DNA from: Camelus ferus
Lineage: Eukaryota
Direction of reading: 5' to 3'
Length of the DNA: 64,000 bases
Assembly (NCBI RefSeq): GCF_009834535.1
Contig: NC_045696.1
Coordinates: 111,168,001 to 111,232,000 of the forward strand
Both the position numbers and the translations under genes were made by a program. Positions 27,360 through 40,325 of this stretch are shown here, piece by piece; positions within the stretch are counted from its first letter, which is position 1, and every line of letters starts with the position of its first letter. The notes beneath the pieces are model-generated. The model was not told the origin of the DNA, searched no databases, and saw only the letters and a list, made by a program, of their open reading frames with translations.

Positions 27360-27947
27360 ATTTTTTCTGCAACTTTTTATTTTGAAATATTTTAAGTCTG
27401 AGTCTACCAAAAGGGTGCAAGAATTGCACAACAGGCCCTCTGGCTTGACCAGCAGTTAATACTCTGTCACATCTGCTTTCCCTCTCCTTGTACTTATGTA
27501 ACTACGTATGTGTGCATGTACACATATGGGTCGATGTGTGTCTGTGTACATGGGCATGTACGTCTGCGTGTCTATGCATTTGCATGTTTTGTGTGCATAT
27601 ATATCTGTGTGTATGCGGGCACTATGAGTGTGTGTATGAGTGTATGTGAACAGATGTATATTTGGGCTTGAACTATTTGAGAGTTAGTTGTAGACACCGA
27701 TGTATTTCATCCATAAATACTTCACCCTGAGTCCCCTATATGACAATTATCACACTCAGAAAATTTAAAATTGATAACTCCATCATTGTCTAATAAGCAG
27801 TTGGTTTTCAAATTTCTCTAAGTGTCCCAACATGTCCTTTATAACTTCTTATCTTTGATCCAGGGTCCAATCAAGGATCACACATTATATTTAGTTGCTA
27901 GACCACTTTAGTTTCCTTTAATCTAGAATGATTCTCCAGCCCTGTTG

Positions 27948-27978
<31 letters not shown>

Positions 27979-28090
27979 GGTGTTTTACGACATTGACATT
28001 TTTGTAAAATACAGGACTAGCTGTTTTCTAGAATTTCTCTTCATTTTAATTTGCCTAATTATTTCCCCCTAGTTAAATCCAGGTTAAAGT
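27360..28090 (-). mobile_element. Old L1 (L1MC-like) fragment with internal (TG/TA)n and (TTTTG)n
   Basis: aactttttattttgaaatatttt, gaactatttgagagttagttgtagaca and gatccagggtccaatcaaggatcacacattatatttagttg. (TTTTG)n at about 27945-27977. Confidence 0.75.
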
Positions 28091-29934
28091 CTAACCTTTT
28101 AAGTGCCTCACGTGGCCAATATAAAGTAGATATAAAAAACTCAGGTCCCTATAAAGAATTTTTTAGGATGAAATACCAAACCCATGAAGAATAAAAACAT
28201 TTCTGACATAAGTATCAGGTAATACCTGATAAGAGAGTCTCCTTTTCTGAATGTGTTAAAAGCCTCATCAACACAATTAAGTCAGAGTTGCCCTCTTGTT
28301 AGTCATTCATACTACCTGCAAGAATGTTGCTACATTCAAGCTTTATCTGTATTAGCATTTATGCACTTTTTTAAAAATTCAAGATTACTTAATATCAGTA
28401 TAAATGATTTAGCTATGCTTACTTTTTTTCTATACTGTCAAAGGATACATACAACCAAAAAAAAAAAAAGTATGCCTATCTAAAACTACCTCCCTTAGCA
28501 CACTGGGGTACTTGGGGACACACTGTAGAATGCGGTCAAACTGGTCTATGGGCGTGTGGACGTGTGCGTGTGTGTATAAGTACAGAGTTAGAGCAAAAGG
28601 CTTTCCCAAGAATTAAGGAAACAAGAAAGTGCCAGGGTTGCCAGGCCAAGCTGGGGACAACCTCCAAACAAGTGACAAGATCTGCAGCTCCTGAGAGACA
28701 CAGCTGCTGTCCCTTGACATCAGGCTGATTGCCTCTATTCATTTCCCAGTCCTTCAGCAAAGACTGAAAATGGGGCCAGGAAAACGCTGCTCAGCAAACT
28801 CTGACACGGATGGAACTACTGTGTCTTCCAAAATATCACTCTTCGAGGTCTACAACATACATGCCTTGGGTCGCATGATTCCTGATGTTTCACACCGTCT
28901 GCGTTTCCCGGATGAGGAGACCGAGGCTCAGAGATACTTGGGGGGTTGTCCAAGGTCAGGCTGGTGGAAACCAGGAACTTCACTCACAGCTTCAGATGTC
29001 AGTTCACTCCATTCCCCATGCTGAGGCCACAGCCTACGCAGCTATTTAGATTTAAAACCACCTACATATACACCATCCACATACAGAAACCGTATTTGTA
29101 CACATGTAGGTAACATACATATACCCACATGCACGGTCACACTTCCTCCGTCAGTTCTGAGTCGTGTGGTCAGCTCCTCCGGCTCCTCCGGCAGGCGCAG
29201 CCTCCACTCCATCCCCCCCGATTCCAGCTGCCCTCTCTTCCCTCACTTCAGCCCTCATCGTTCCCCTGTGAGCCCTGCAGACCTACCTTCTGTAGATCTC
29301 ACCAGCTCCCTCCCTGGTCCCTGCGCAGGGACTTTGCTCTGCTCCTCCACCTGTGCCCTTGCGGACCTCTGCATCCTGAGCACCTAACTCTGTAAGGTCT
29401 GATTTCTACAATAAATCCATTGTGCTGTGTCATCCATAATGGCTCTGCTCCCCTTCCCACATCCTAATTCATCCTGAGTCTTCAGGTGTCCTTCCCTTCC
29501 CCTGTCTGATGGAATATCAACAGTCACTTTCCTGAATCAACTCTGGGTCTCTGAGGCTCCTTTTTTAAAGCCATTCTCATCAATTCAAGACCCAGGTGCA
29601 TATAACTCAAGTCTTCTTTGTGACCTCAGGGCACCCAGCACTCCACTGTGGTGCTCCATGACCTCAGTTTCCCGTAGATCTGGCTCTCCCTCCTATTTCT
29701 ACAAGCTCTCACCAGTCAGAGACGGAATCCCATGATCTATATTTCTGTGTCCCCAGTCCCTGGGACAAATGCACACTTGTTAAATAACCTTAACCCAGAG
29801 GAGGCAGAATAAATATGGCATGTGGATTTCTAAATGTCAGGCACGGGGGTGGGGGCAAAGGGAGGCATAAGAAAGGATGGAATTGAAGAATTGCATATTT
29901 CTAAGCTGGAGGGGCTGCATAAAGGTTAAAGTCT

Positions 29935-30270
29935 TTACAGCTCACCAGGCATAAGAATTACTTCAGGACCTTGTTAAAAATGCAGATTCCTAACGCCACA
30001 CTTTCAGACACTCTGATTTAGCTGGTCTGGGGCAGGGCCTACAACTCTCCAGGTTAATGAGACACAGGAGGTTGGCTCTTCAGAACAAATATGACAAACC
30101 TCTAGCAAAAAGAATACAGTCAGCGGAAGGATGCTTAGGTCAGTAGTTCTTAAATTAAACCGCTCTGAATCACTTAGTGGGGAGAGAGAGGGAAAGCAAG
30201 GAAGACTTCATAAAAATGCGATTTCCTGCGCCCTACCCCAAATTTTCAGAATCAGAACCAGAGGTACTAG
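29935..30270. mobile_element. MER5-like fragments (two)
   Basis: ccttgttaaaaatgcagattcc..ctctgatttagctggtctggggcagggcc, and cagtagttcttaaa..ccctaccccaaattttcagaatcagaa. Confidence 0.6.
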
Positions 30271-30669
30271 GAGAGAGGTGGGCAACCAGTGGGGCTTAGA
30301 GTCAAGACACTCTACTCCTGTGGTCTGACTGCTCGGTCATCAGAACCTGGGGCAGAGGCACGAGCTTCCTGTCCCCACCGAATCTACCCTCTCCCCAAAC
30401 CTTCCCTCCCGGAAGCAGCGACACAGGATGCCCCTGGATGCAGATGGTCGACAGTCATAAGCAGAAGCCCTAAGGGGGTTTGTATGAAAGATTCTAAAGA
30501 AGGGATACGAAGCTTTTGGAAAAATACTGGATTAACGAGAAGACTAAAAGAACTGATTCACAAAAAGGAAAAACAACTGGAGGGCCAAGCCTCTCGCCTT
30601 CATTTTTCCAGTTTCACTGTCCACACTGTGCCTCGGGACCCCTCTCCAACTGTTGCCCCATATAACCTT

Positions 30670-31172
30670 GACCTGCACCATCCAATATGGTGACCACAAG
30701 TCACATGTGGCCACCAAGCACCTGAAATGTGGCTAGCGAGACTGAGGAGCTAAAGGTTGGATTTTCAATGGGATTTATTTACATTTAAACTTAAAAATGA
30801 ACATTCAGTGTAGTTATTGGAAAACATTTAAGTACATCTGAAACAACTTGGATGTGTGAGTCTGATTTTTCAACAGTAAATTTTATGAAATCTAAATAAA
30901 GGTCAAGTGTCTCCGAGGAAAATTCGGTGTCCAAAGTGCAAGGTGCTGTAGGTATAAAATACACACTAGATCTCAAAGACTCAGTGTGAAAGAAAATTTA
31001 ATAAATATTAAGTTGCTTATATGTTTAAATGATAATTTTGGATATATTGGGTTAAGTAAAATACATTATTAAAATGAATTTCACCTTTATCTTTTTACAC
31101 GTGTAGCGTGACTATTAGGAGATTTTAAATCACCTAAGAACCTAGCATTGAAGGTCTACAGGACAATGCAGT
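30670..31172. mobile_element. Charlie1/MER3-family hAT deletion derivative
   Basis: tccaatatggtgaccacaagtcacatgtggcc..aaatgtggctagcgagactgaggagct, and ttttggatatattgggttaagtaaaatacattattaaaatgaatttcacct. Confidence 0.8.
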
Positions 31173-31798
31173 TCTACTCAAGACTGCACAGACTGTGATC
31201 CTGGATATTGTCACTAAATATGTTGAAGCCATCTTGGAATGTGACTTTACAGAGTGACATAAGTGTATAAAGTTGTCACCCTAGAGAACTAGAGACTGAC
31301 TCCAAGGATGCTATCATTTCGGAAATGTAGTCTTTTCTGGATCTCATCCCTACCCCACCTCCACCGTGATGGAGCATCCTTCAGGGGCGTGGACCAGTCC
31401 CTTCTGAAAAGAAGCCTGGGGCTTCTCAAGTCCAATCTGATGTCTCCACACCCTGATCACCCTCTGTATTCAGCAGCCTTACCTCAAATGGCTTTGGCTT
31501 ATTTCAAAACACCAGACCCACCCCGAAACACTTTAAGAATTAACATTGATGAATATATTCAAAATATTATACTACTGGCTCTCAAAGAAGATCCAGCACT
31601 ATTTTGAATAAAGTCGACGGCATCTCTCTCCAAAGGGATCAGTTATGAAGCCAACCTCAGTCTTTAGGTTAAATTCTGGCATGTTTGTGAAATAAACTAC
31701 CAAACAGAAAATGACGTTCTTTTATAATCCCTTCTAACGGGTCTCGTCCATCTGAAAACCGCTTTGGTTATTCTCAGGTGTTCACTCACACCTTGAGG

Positions 31799-32686
31799 CA
31801 GAGGTTTTTAACTCAAGGTCCACACCCACAGTGTGGCCATGGCTAAAATACAGAGGGCCACAACAGTGGAAGGTCTTTTCTGATTTTTTTTTCCACTGAT
31901 CTCCACCTGGATTTAAGCATTTCCTTCCATTTTAAAGGCCAGCAACAAAGTACTTTATTATTATCGGTACCTATGATGTCACCACAGCTTTTTTTTTTTC
32001 ACATGAAAACACCGTTGTTCCAGAAATCCTGAAAATATCATTTATGCACATCATGACTTTAAAATCATGATAGTTAATTCTTCCTGACCATAGCCCTTCA
32101 TAATATACAGAGGAAAACTCTTGGTCAGTTTCTAATGTGGTAGTCATTCAATGCATTCTCTACCTAGTGATCCAGACTTCTAGGATGTTTTATGGTCTTA
32201 CCTATCTACACCTGCTTCTCCTTCATGGACACGTGTGGAAAAAAGTCAACCATTTAAATTATTTGTTACAGTTTTGCAAACATGGACAGTTCAAATGAGA
32301 ATGTTGGATTACTTATAAGTTAACACTGTCTTTGGAAATATGATAGGCATGTGAGTTACAAGTCTATACCAGGCAAGTTCAAGCACATCTGATGAGTAAG
32401 CTAACTATTAAAGTGTGTTATTTAAAGTCATTTTTAAAATACTGATGACAGATCGGACAGAGAGAGAGGTCGTGCATAATGTTAACTTCTGTGAAAGTCA
32501 GTGTATCTGTGTATTTTTTTGTTGTTGTTCTTTCTAATTCTATGTACTTTTTACATTGAAAAATGTTTTTACACTTTATTTAAATAAATTAAAAATATGA
32601 ATTTTACATAAAAAATAAGAAGGGATACATAGGTTTCACTAGACGGCCAAAAGGATACATATCAAGAAAAATGGTTAAAACCCCCA
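31799..32686. mobile_element. hAT-Charlie element (Charlie4/MER113-like), longer copy
   Basis: Imperfect terminal inverted repeats cagaggtttttaac and gttaaaaccccca. Internal tttaagcatttccttcc and cataggtttcactagacggccaaaagg. Confidence 0.6.
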
Positions 32687-34123
32687 ACCTAAGCATTCTG
32701 TTCCTAATCCAGGGCCCTGAAAAGCCACGTGTTCTTGACTAAAGACACCTCCTCCTTGTAGACTCCACACTGTTACCTAGAGCCGCACATGGTCAGGCTC
32801 ACACTGCTTACGCCACCCACCACCAAGTATAAGAAAGTTTCTCTGTACTCCTCCTCTGTTACTGTCAGCACAAAGAAATGGTAGAGAAAGGAAGATGACT
32901 TTTTAAAGAAGCGATGGTATACAGCTTCACCCAAGAAAGCCCTGGAAGCTGGTGATGACAGAGATTTTAGAGCCTGGGAAGCAAACAGCAACTTCCTAGC
33001 GACTCAAATACCATTAATTTCTCTTGGAACCCAGTTGGCTCTTCCACCTTCAATATGAAAAGTGATTAAAGTTTTGCCTGTTATTACTGAAGCTATTTCC
33101 CTCCATCAGTTGAGTCCCATATGGATGTATATTTAGAAACTCCACAGCACCTTCCAGTTCAGAAAGAAGTTTAGCAGGGCTGACATAGGAAAACCAGGCA
33201 AGGGAGAAGAACGTGATGCATATTGGAGGCCTGCATTTCTCAGCACTGTTGACCCAACATTGAGAAACACCCCTGGCATAAAAACAATGCTTTTAGAAAT
33301 TGTATTCTTTTTTTTTTTTAAACGCCAAAACCAAGATTCAGCCCACAATTTAATATTGTCGATACATGTTCCTCATCACACGACCGGCACGCCAACTGCT
33401 ACCTAAGCCGTTCAAGCTCCTCAAATCCCACACCCACACACGCTGAACTCATCTGCTCCCAGATATGAATAAAGATGAAGAGCATCTTGAGGAAATAGCT
33501 CTTTCATTCTCAAATGGCAAAAGCCATGGAGCAAACTGCTCACAGTGTCTGCGGAATTTCTCAGAGGAAGGAAAGACCCCCTAAAGCCACCATTTTGTCA
33601 GAAAAGACATCACATCCTTCTCTGGCCATCTGCCCACTGGATATTTTAAATTAAAAAGGACCTCAGAAGTCCTTTCCAATGTTGCGGTTCTATGATTCTC
33701 TCATAAAGAAATGATTTTTCTTTGCTATTTTACTAAACTTAGGTTTTGGGAGGTCAGCAGCCCAGCGCGGCATCTCTTTACGGAGAAGAGTTGTAGGAGA
33801 CCCTACGAGGTGTGAGTTGGTAAACAGTGCAAGCTATTAACAGCTTCTTCTCTAAAAGAATTTATTTTTCCTTCATCTCAAGCCACAATTGAAGGAAATC
33901 TCCAACACTCAAATGAACTTTTCAAATGTTTGCTTATAAATTGGAGGTTTTCCACTCCATGCATTAGTATTTATTCATTCTTTCATTCAATAAGTAGCTA
34001 CTGAGGGCCTACTGTGTGCCAGGTTGGTGGCGAGCATCAGATACGGCGGTATGAAAAAGGTACATCTCTGCTCAGAGATGTTGCACAAGGTGGCTAGGTG
34101 CCTGGCTAAGCTATGGCGACTTC

Positions 34124-34422
34124 TGTCTTGGTCGGCTCAGGCTGCCGTGACAAAATACCATAGACGGAGTGCAACAGGAATTAATTTCTCCCAGTTTTGG
34201 TGACTGGAGGTTCAAGATCAAAGTGACAGCATGGTCAGTGTCTGGTGAGAGCCCTCTCCTTGGGTTGCCGAAGGCCGTGCGCTTGCTGGATCCTCACGTG
34301 GCCTTCCGATGGGGTGTGTGGGCGAAACAAGAGGAGGCAAGCTTTCTGCTGTCGGCCCCACCCTCCTGACCTCACCCCGACCTAATCACCTCCCAAAGGC
34401 CCCATCTCCAAACACCATCACA
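34124..34422 (-). mobile_element. MaLR LTR (MLT1A-like)
   Basis: tgtcttggtcggctcaggctgccgtgacaaaataccatagac, ctggaggttcaagatcaaagtg and cctaatcacctcccaaaggccccatctccaaacaccatcaca. Confidence 0.85.
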
Positions 34423-35699
34423 CCTCCTTCACAGCAAATGTGCTATTTTACCTCTGTTAATTCAACAGACCTAACTGCTTCAAATCCACCTCAGAAGAGT
34501 AGGTTGTTGGCTTCTCTGGGGTTTGGCTCCTGCAGTGGGTTGGGGGGGGGGGGGGTCAGGGTCCCAGACACCAGCAGGGGTGAGAGCTCCTGCAGCATCT
34601 CACAGCTCAGTCCTGAGGGCCCAAGAGGCTGAGGGCTTGGAGGAGAGTGAAATGGCCTCTGACACCCAGGTCAGCTCCTGCAGCAGGGATCCCCGTAGTG
34701 AAGCCAAAATCCAGGTAAGTCACAAATCCTTCCTTCAAGGCCTGTCTGCAGCTCTAACGCTTCTCAACATCAAGTTCAATCAGGCAATACAATGAAACAA
34801 AAATAACACAAAATCAGAATAATACCCAGATTCACTGTATTATAATAAGCCTGAGATGTTCACAAAGCTGCAATTACAGAGTGCTTTCAACCAGGCCTGA
34901 TGAAGTAGGCTGGGTGCTCCTCCACCTCTCGGCTGTAGAAGCCAGCATCCACCAAGCTCAACCCCTCAACTGGAAATAATTCAGCTCTTCCAAGGTCTGA
35001 TCACTTCTTAAAAGCCTGCACAATCGCAGGCAGCCTGGAATGGAAAGGGAGTAAAAGAGGGGAAATTTCACCCATGTAAGTGCAAATCTAGACATGACCC
35101 CAACTAACACCCAGGGCGACTGACCTATCAGAGAATCACCCCCCCGCCCCCCGCAAGCAAACAATCAACACACACACCACATGGCGGCTGGGTGCACCGT
35201 TTCCCCTTGATCTTGAATCCATGCAGAAGCAATCAATAGCTCTTAGCTGGGTCTGTGACATCCAGACTTCCACAACGGAATGTCAAGCTCCTAGTGATGT
35301 TTTCAACAGAACGAAGGGGGAGAACACACTCCTACATGTCTCTTCCCCCATCTACTGTTAAAATTGAAGAGGCAAGTGAGGATATTCGGGTGTCTCTGGG
35401 TGAACTGAAATCAGGCTGGGGCTGTCCTGAGTACCGCTCGGCCACAGCACACAGGGCCTAGGGACAATTCGAATTGGTTCTTTGCAAGGGCTTTTAGCTC
35501 CTTACAGCAAGGTATGTAGGACAGGGAACAGGAGAGCCATCTGGCAGACAGCCAGGGCTCAGAGCCCTGGGGTGACTCTCACGGTGGCCACACAGAGACT
35601 GGCCGGATCACATTCAAAATCAGAAATTCCAACTGCAGGCCTTAGCTTGGCACAGCTTGGGGATGGAGAGTCCCACTCTCCAGCAGGAGCCTGAAGACA

Positions 35700-35880
35700 G
35701 CCTCTGGATGTGCTTTGTTTTGTTTATTTTTTAAATTGAATTAGCTTTACCATTAAACATTAGGAGCTTCCACAGTAAAACCTAGATTTCTGACTTTGGG
35801 GGGAAAATCCGAAGCTCAAACCTGCAGCGCTTGTGCAGGCAACAGGAAGGCAGAGCTAGCAGGACCCTGAGCTCGCTTCC
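35700..35880. mobile_element. MER102-like hAT fragment
   Basis: ttttttaaattgaattag..aaacattaggagcttccacagtaaaacctagatttctgact. Confidence 0.5.
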
Positions 35881-36229
35881 CCGGGGATCTTGTGCCACCT
35901 GAATATGATCAAGGACTCCTCTCCCTCCATGATCTCATGCCTGGCTACACAAAACCCTAGCAGAGCATGCCGGTCCCTCTTCTGGGCCTGTGCTCACGTG
36001 ACTTGCCTTCTCCCGAGATGCCACCATCAGGCTTGCGCGGTTGGTGGGTATATGTAATCAGTCTTTCGAGATTCAGTTCAAATGCCCCTGGCTCCAAGAA
36101 ATCAATTCTGATAACCTTGCGAGAACTAACCAGGCTTTGTTCAAGACTCTTAAACATTATCTTGTGCTTGTTTTACTGAACCTCTTTTCATATGTGCTGT
36201 GGACATAATAAGCAATCAATAATGTTATG

Positions 36230-36430
36230 ATCAATACTAATAACAAATACTAAAATAGTGGTAAAATAAGATTGTGCCAGACACTATTCAAAGCACCTTA
36301 TACATATGGTAAGCCTCACTTAAGCCTCACAATGACCCATTATTATACCCATTTTACACAGAGAAAACTGAGGCATATTAAAAGTTAGGAAATTTTCCCA
36401 GATTCACTCACTCAGCTATTAAGGGGCAGA
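36230..36430 (-). mobile_element. MIR SINE
   Basis: tgtgccagacactattcaaagcacct and tattataccccattttacacagagaaaactgaggca. Confidence 0.75.
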
Positions 36431-36590
36431 AGAGGAATGAGAATAGAGTCTGGCTACCTTTGGATGAGTTGGTAGATGAAGAGTAAGACAGAATGAAGGG
36501 AGGGACAGAAGAAGGGAAAGTGAGCGAGAAGGAGAGAGTTCATTTGTCTGATGAACTGTCAGGAGTCGAGAATGGCGAACGGGGCAGGGG

Positions 36591-36802
36591 CAGCGGTGCG
36601 TGCTAGTAAATTTTAACAAGAGACACTCCAGGGAAAAAAAAGGCATTGCTTTATAACGTCTGTCAGTTTCTGTGGTGTAAATGCCGCTACCATACCAGAT
36701 TTCAAGCTACAATATGATATCACTGAGCGCAGAGTTGAGAGAAGACACGTGAACCCTCGTCAGTACTAGCCAGTACTAACACACCAGCTCTAACACATCG
36801 GG
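36591..36802. mobile_element. MER63A-like hAT-Blackjack element
   Basis: cagcggtgcgtgctagtaaattttaacaa and tttctgtggtgtaaatgccgctaccataccagatttcaagctacaa..tcactgagcgcagagttgagagaaga. Confidence 0.75.
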
Positions 36803-38363
36803 GCGTAGGTGTGCCAAGGAAAATGTCAGATGGAGAGACAGGTGGGACCGGGTGATGAAGGACCTATTAACCCGTAATAAGGATGTAATCCTCTGAGATG
36901 CAACCAGGAGTCACTTGAAAGTTTTTAGGAGGGAGTGACATGATTATACGGTTATAAGGAGTTAGACACAGATGAGCACACAGTCGAAATGTTCGGAACT
37001 CCTCCTCCATCTTTCCTACGCCCTTCCTGAGTGATGGTCATTGCTGCGAGGAAAGTTATAGAGTGTTCCAGTCCTTTCCTACTCTGTCCCTTGGCCTGCT
37101 GGCTGTAATCCCTTCCACCTCCCCACTCCCACCCCCTGACTCTAGTCACAGAGCCTCGGGATTGTGGAGTGTCTCCATCTATCCTTATTGGATCTGTGGT
37201 ACACAAGGGCTGGAAGGCCTAAGCAAAGAAGTCAGAACCAGCTTGAAGAGGAAAACCATCATCCGGAGCGTAAATAAAACAATGCCTCTGGAAGCCACCG
37301 CACTGGGAGGGGCTTTCGAAACCATCTGGCTTCCAATCATCCACTTACTGGGGAAGTCATCTTAACCAGTCCAAAGACACAGAGCTGGTTAGGGCCAAAG
37401 CTGGAACTAGAACCCAGGGGCTTGGCTCCCAATCAAATATTCGATATATATTTCTGAGAGGCTGCATCCCCCTTGCAAAGTCAAAAGCTTTCCTGGAAGA
37501 GCCTTTTATTCTTCTAAGCAAGTTCCACATCACCCACAGAACAGAAAGAAACACCGTGATCTCCAGGAGCAGGGATGCCCTGTCACCTTCCCCCAACACG
37601 GGACAACACGAGCCGCGTGCGTAGGGAACACTCCAGGCCCTCAGGCCCTCGCCATCACTCAAGGCCTTGCTATCCAGTTTAACCATTCTCCAGATTCTGG
37701 TCTTTTCCGGTGGGTCTCCCTCCATCTGCCTGCACTGAGGCCACTTTCTGATCAGTAGGAACTGGGCAGGGAAAGGAAAGAAAACTTTCAAAGCTATTGT
37801 GGGAGCTCTGCTTTAAAAAAACAAAAATTGAAAAGAAAAGAAATAAAAATGTTGGAGAAGCTGAAACTTTCGGCTGAAGTGCAGCGTAGTCTCATAATTC
37901 AACCTCACTTGAGGCTGAAGTTGGCCAAAGCGCCAGGACACCCGGCCAAGGCAGCCACCGGGAGCTGAAACGCCGGCCAGCGTTCACCCAGCCGGGAGCC
38001 AGAGGCTGCGGCCGCTCCAAGGAAGCGCACCTCCCAGCTCTTACAACGGCGTCCCTCGGCCTGGAGGGGGCCCTGACAGGTGACTTCTTTCAGCGAAAGT
38101 TGGTGTCCACTTCCCCGAGCCCATCAGTATCCAAGGCCACGACCCCTAAGAACAGGGCGGATGACGCCAACTCTTTGCACCAGGGAAGTGAAAACTGATC
38201 CGGGGAAAGAGACCCCAGAGAGGTGACAGTGGCGGAAAGGACCTTACGACGTTCCAATTTGCCAGGCCCGTCCCAGTTCACACCCACTTCTTAAGAGTGA
38301 CAACCCCACTCCATTTCATTCTCAACAGTACCCCGATTAGGGACGACACATTCCCCTAGTCAC

Positions 38364-38802
38364 AAGTGTCTATCAACAGGATTCAAGGAATCCGTGAACT
38401 TGAACGGAAAAAAAGCCACAAATCTGTTTTCTAACACTGCACTACAATTTAGCATTTAATTCTATTGCAAATGCAGGCCACAACACTTACACGCCAAGAG
38501 CAGTACCCGTGACAGTGTCACCAACCCAAATTGGACATTTTCCTGTCACAGCGCGGGTCTGCAGGCACCTCACAGCGGCATTAAGCTCATCCCTGCTTCA
38601 AAACGGCGGTTCCCACAGGTTGGAGCTTGTTGGGCACCCATGAGGTCACAGTGGCTTACATACTACATATAATTATCTCAATAAGGTTTCTGTTATAATC
38701 TAATGTATTGCAATTTATACATTTAAACACATCCTTCTAGGGTCTCTAAACTTGTCAGACTGGCAAAGGGCGCCAGGGCATAATTCAGGTTAAGAGCCCT
38801 TG
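38364..38802. mobile_element. hAT-Charlie element (Charlie4/MER113-like), shorter copy
   Basis: tccgtgaacttgaacggaaaaaaa, agcagtacccgtgacagtgtcaccaa and cagactggcaaaggg..ggttaagagccct. Confidence 0.65.
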
Positions 38803-39093
38803 GTCTGGTGATTGAGAAGCCGCATTAACCAGGGGCAGGGAATGTGGGAAAGCATGCCTGCCCGCTGGCTGAGGGCTGAGCCTACCTTTGAGGTGAGCTA
38901 GACCTTGAGGAATGATTTAGGTGCATTATTTTTAACTTGTACGCCTCTCCTTCAGGCCCCTATCACTCCCATTAGCTCTCTCCGTCTTCTCTTATTTTTA
39001 TGCCTTTTTGTCTTATCTTTCGAGGTTGGCTTATACCAAATATGCCTTAGTCTTCCCGGGCTAACTGCTGGGTCCTCTTCCTTTGGGTGGTCT

Positions 39094-39623
39094 TGTAATA
39101 GAGGAGAACAAATCTGACTCCATATATTGGATCTGTTCCTTTAGTTTTGACCACTGTGCCCTGTTTTCTAGGCTCAGTCTTGCTGGCTCTGCACCTTTTG
39201 TAAAACAATGTTGCCTTTAGCCTGAAATACACAGGAGAGCCTATTCTCGGGGCTCTGACCTTTAAGGATGTTAGCATTTCTGCACTTATGCAGAGATGGC
39301 AAGTTGCAAAACAGAGAATAACCTTTGTCTTGTTGGAGGTTTACAGGGACACCATGGCCTGACCCACGTGGACGGCTGCAAGAACAAAGAATTCCTGCAG
39401 CAAGAAGTTTGCAACAACCAGCCACACCCCCTCCCCTGGTTTTTTTTGTATAAAAGGAGCCTGTATTCTAACTTGAGTAGGATGGTTCTCCAAGACATTA
39501 GACTGCCATTCTCTTGGTCTGCTGGCTTTCCGAATAAAGTCGCTATTCCTTGCCGGAACACCTCATCTCCCGATTTACTGGCCTGTCATGCGGCGAGCAA
39601 AAAAGAGCTTGGACTCAGTAGCA
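39094..39623 (+). mobile_element. Full-length solo LTR, ERV1 class
   Basis: TG...CA termini (tgtaata..cagtagca), 530 bp. 4-bp TSD gtct/gtcc with one mismatch. TATAAAA at 39449-39455 and AATAAA at 39533-39538 in U3-R-U5 order. Confidence 0.88.
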
Positions 39624-40325
39624 GTCCGTTTACCCTGACAGCTTGCCCCTCTTGCCTCCTCTTCCTGCCTACCTCCACCTCCACTGCTTCTCTGCTGCCT
39701 CTCTCTTGGGCCTCTGACCTGGCTGGCTACCCACCATCCCTCTTTCATGGGTCTTGAAGCCAATGCTTCGGGCACCAAGAGTCTACACCATACCTTCCAC
39801 TAGGGGAGCATATTAATTTTGTTTATAGGAAGTGCTTTTGAGAAGCAACGAAAAAACAGACTGACTGACCACCCAAATAAACGACCACGAAACACTCTGT
39901 GGAAAGAGACTATACCACTTTGCCAACCCAGGCTTAAATAGAATTTGTAGGAAGGATGAAAAACATTCCTGCTTGATAATCCCTCATGAGCAGACGGCTG
40001 AAGAAGGTCAGCAGACTGGGCCGGGATTCTTCTCAGAGCATAAATCCCCAGGGTAGCCAAGGCAAGTAGAATGCTTAGTCACCACTAACAGGTTGAGCCC
40101 TCTGTAGGCAGGCCCTAGCAAGGGCTGCCTTCCCAAACCAGAGCTGAGGCTGGAGCCCAAGGGGAGAAGCCAGTGCGACTTCATGACCTTTGTGCTTTAG
40201 CTCCGGACAAATAAACACTGTTCTTTCTCCCTGCCTTCACCAGGGGAGATATTTGTACTGAAACAGCTCTCTCCCAGCAAGGTACTGATGACTTATACGC
40301 AGACTGAAAATTCTATCAATGACCT

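Noticed and set aside
39174..39757. ORFs of 83-153 aa overlapping the LTR
   Set aside because: They lie within an LTR and show no gag, pol or env similarity.
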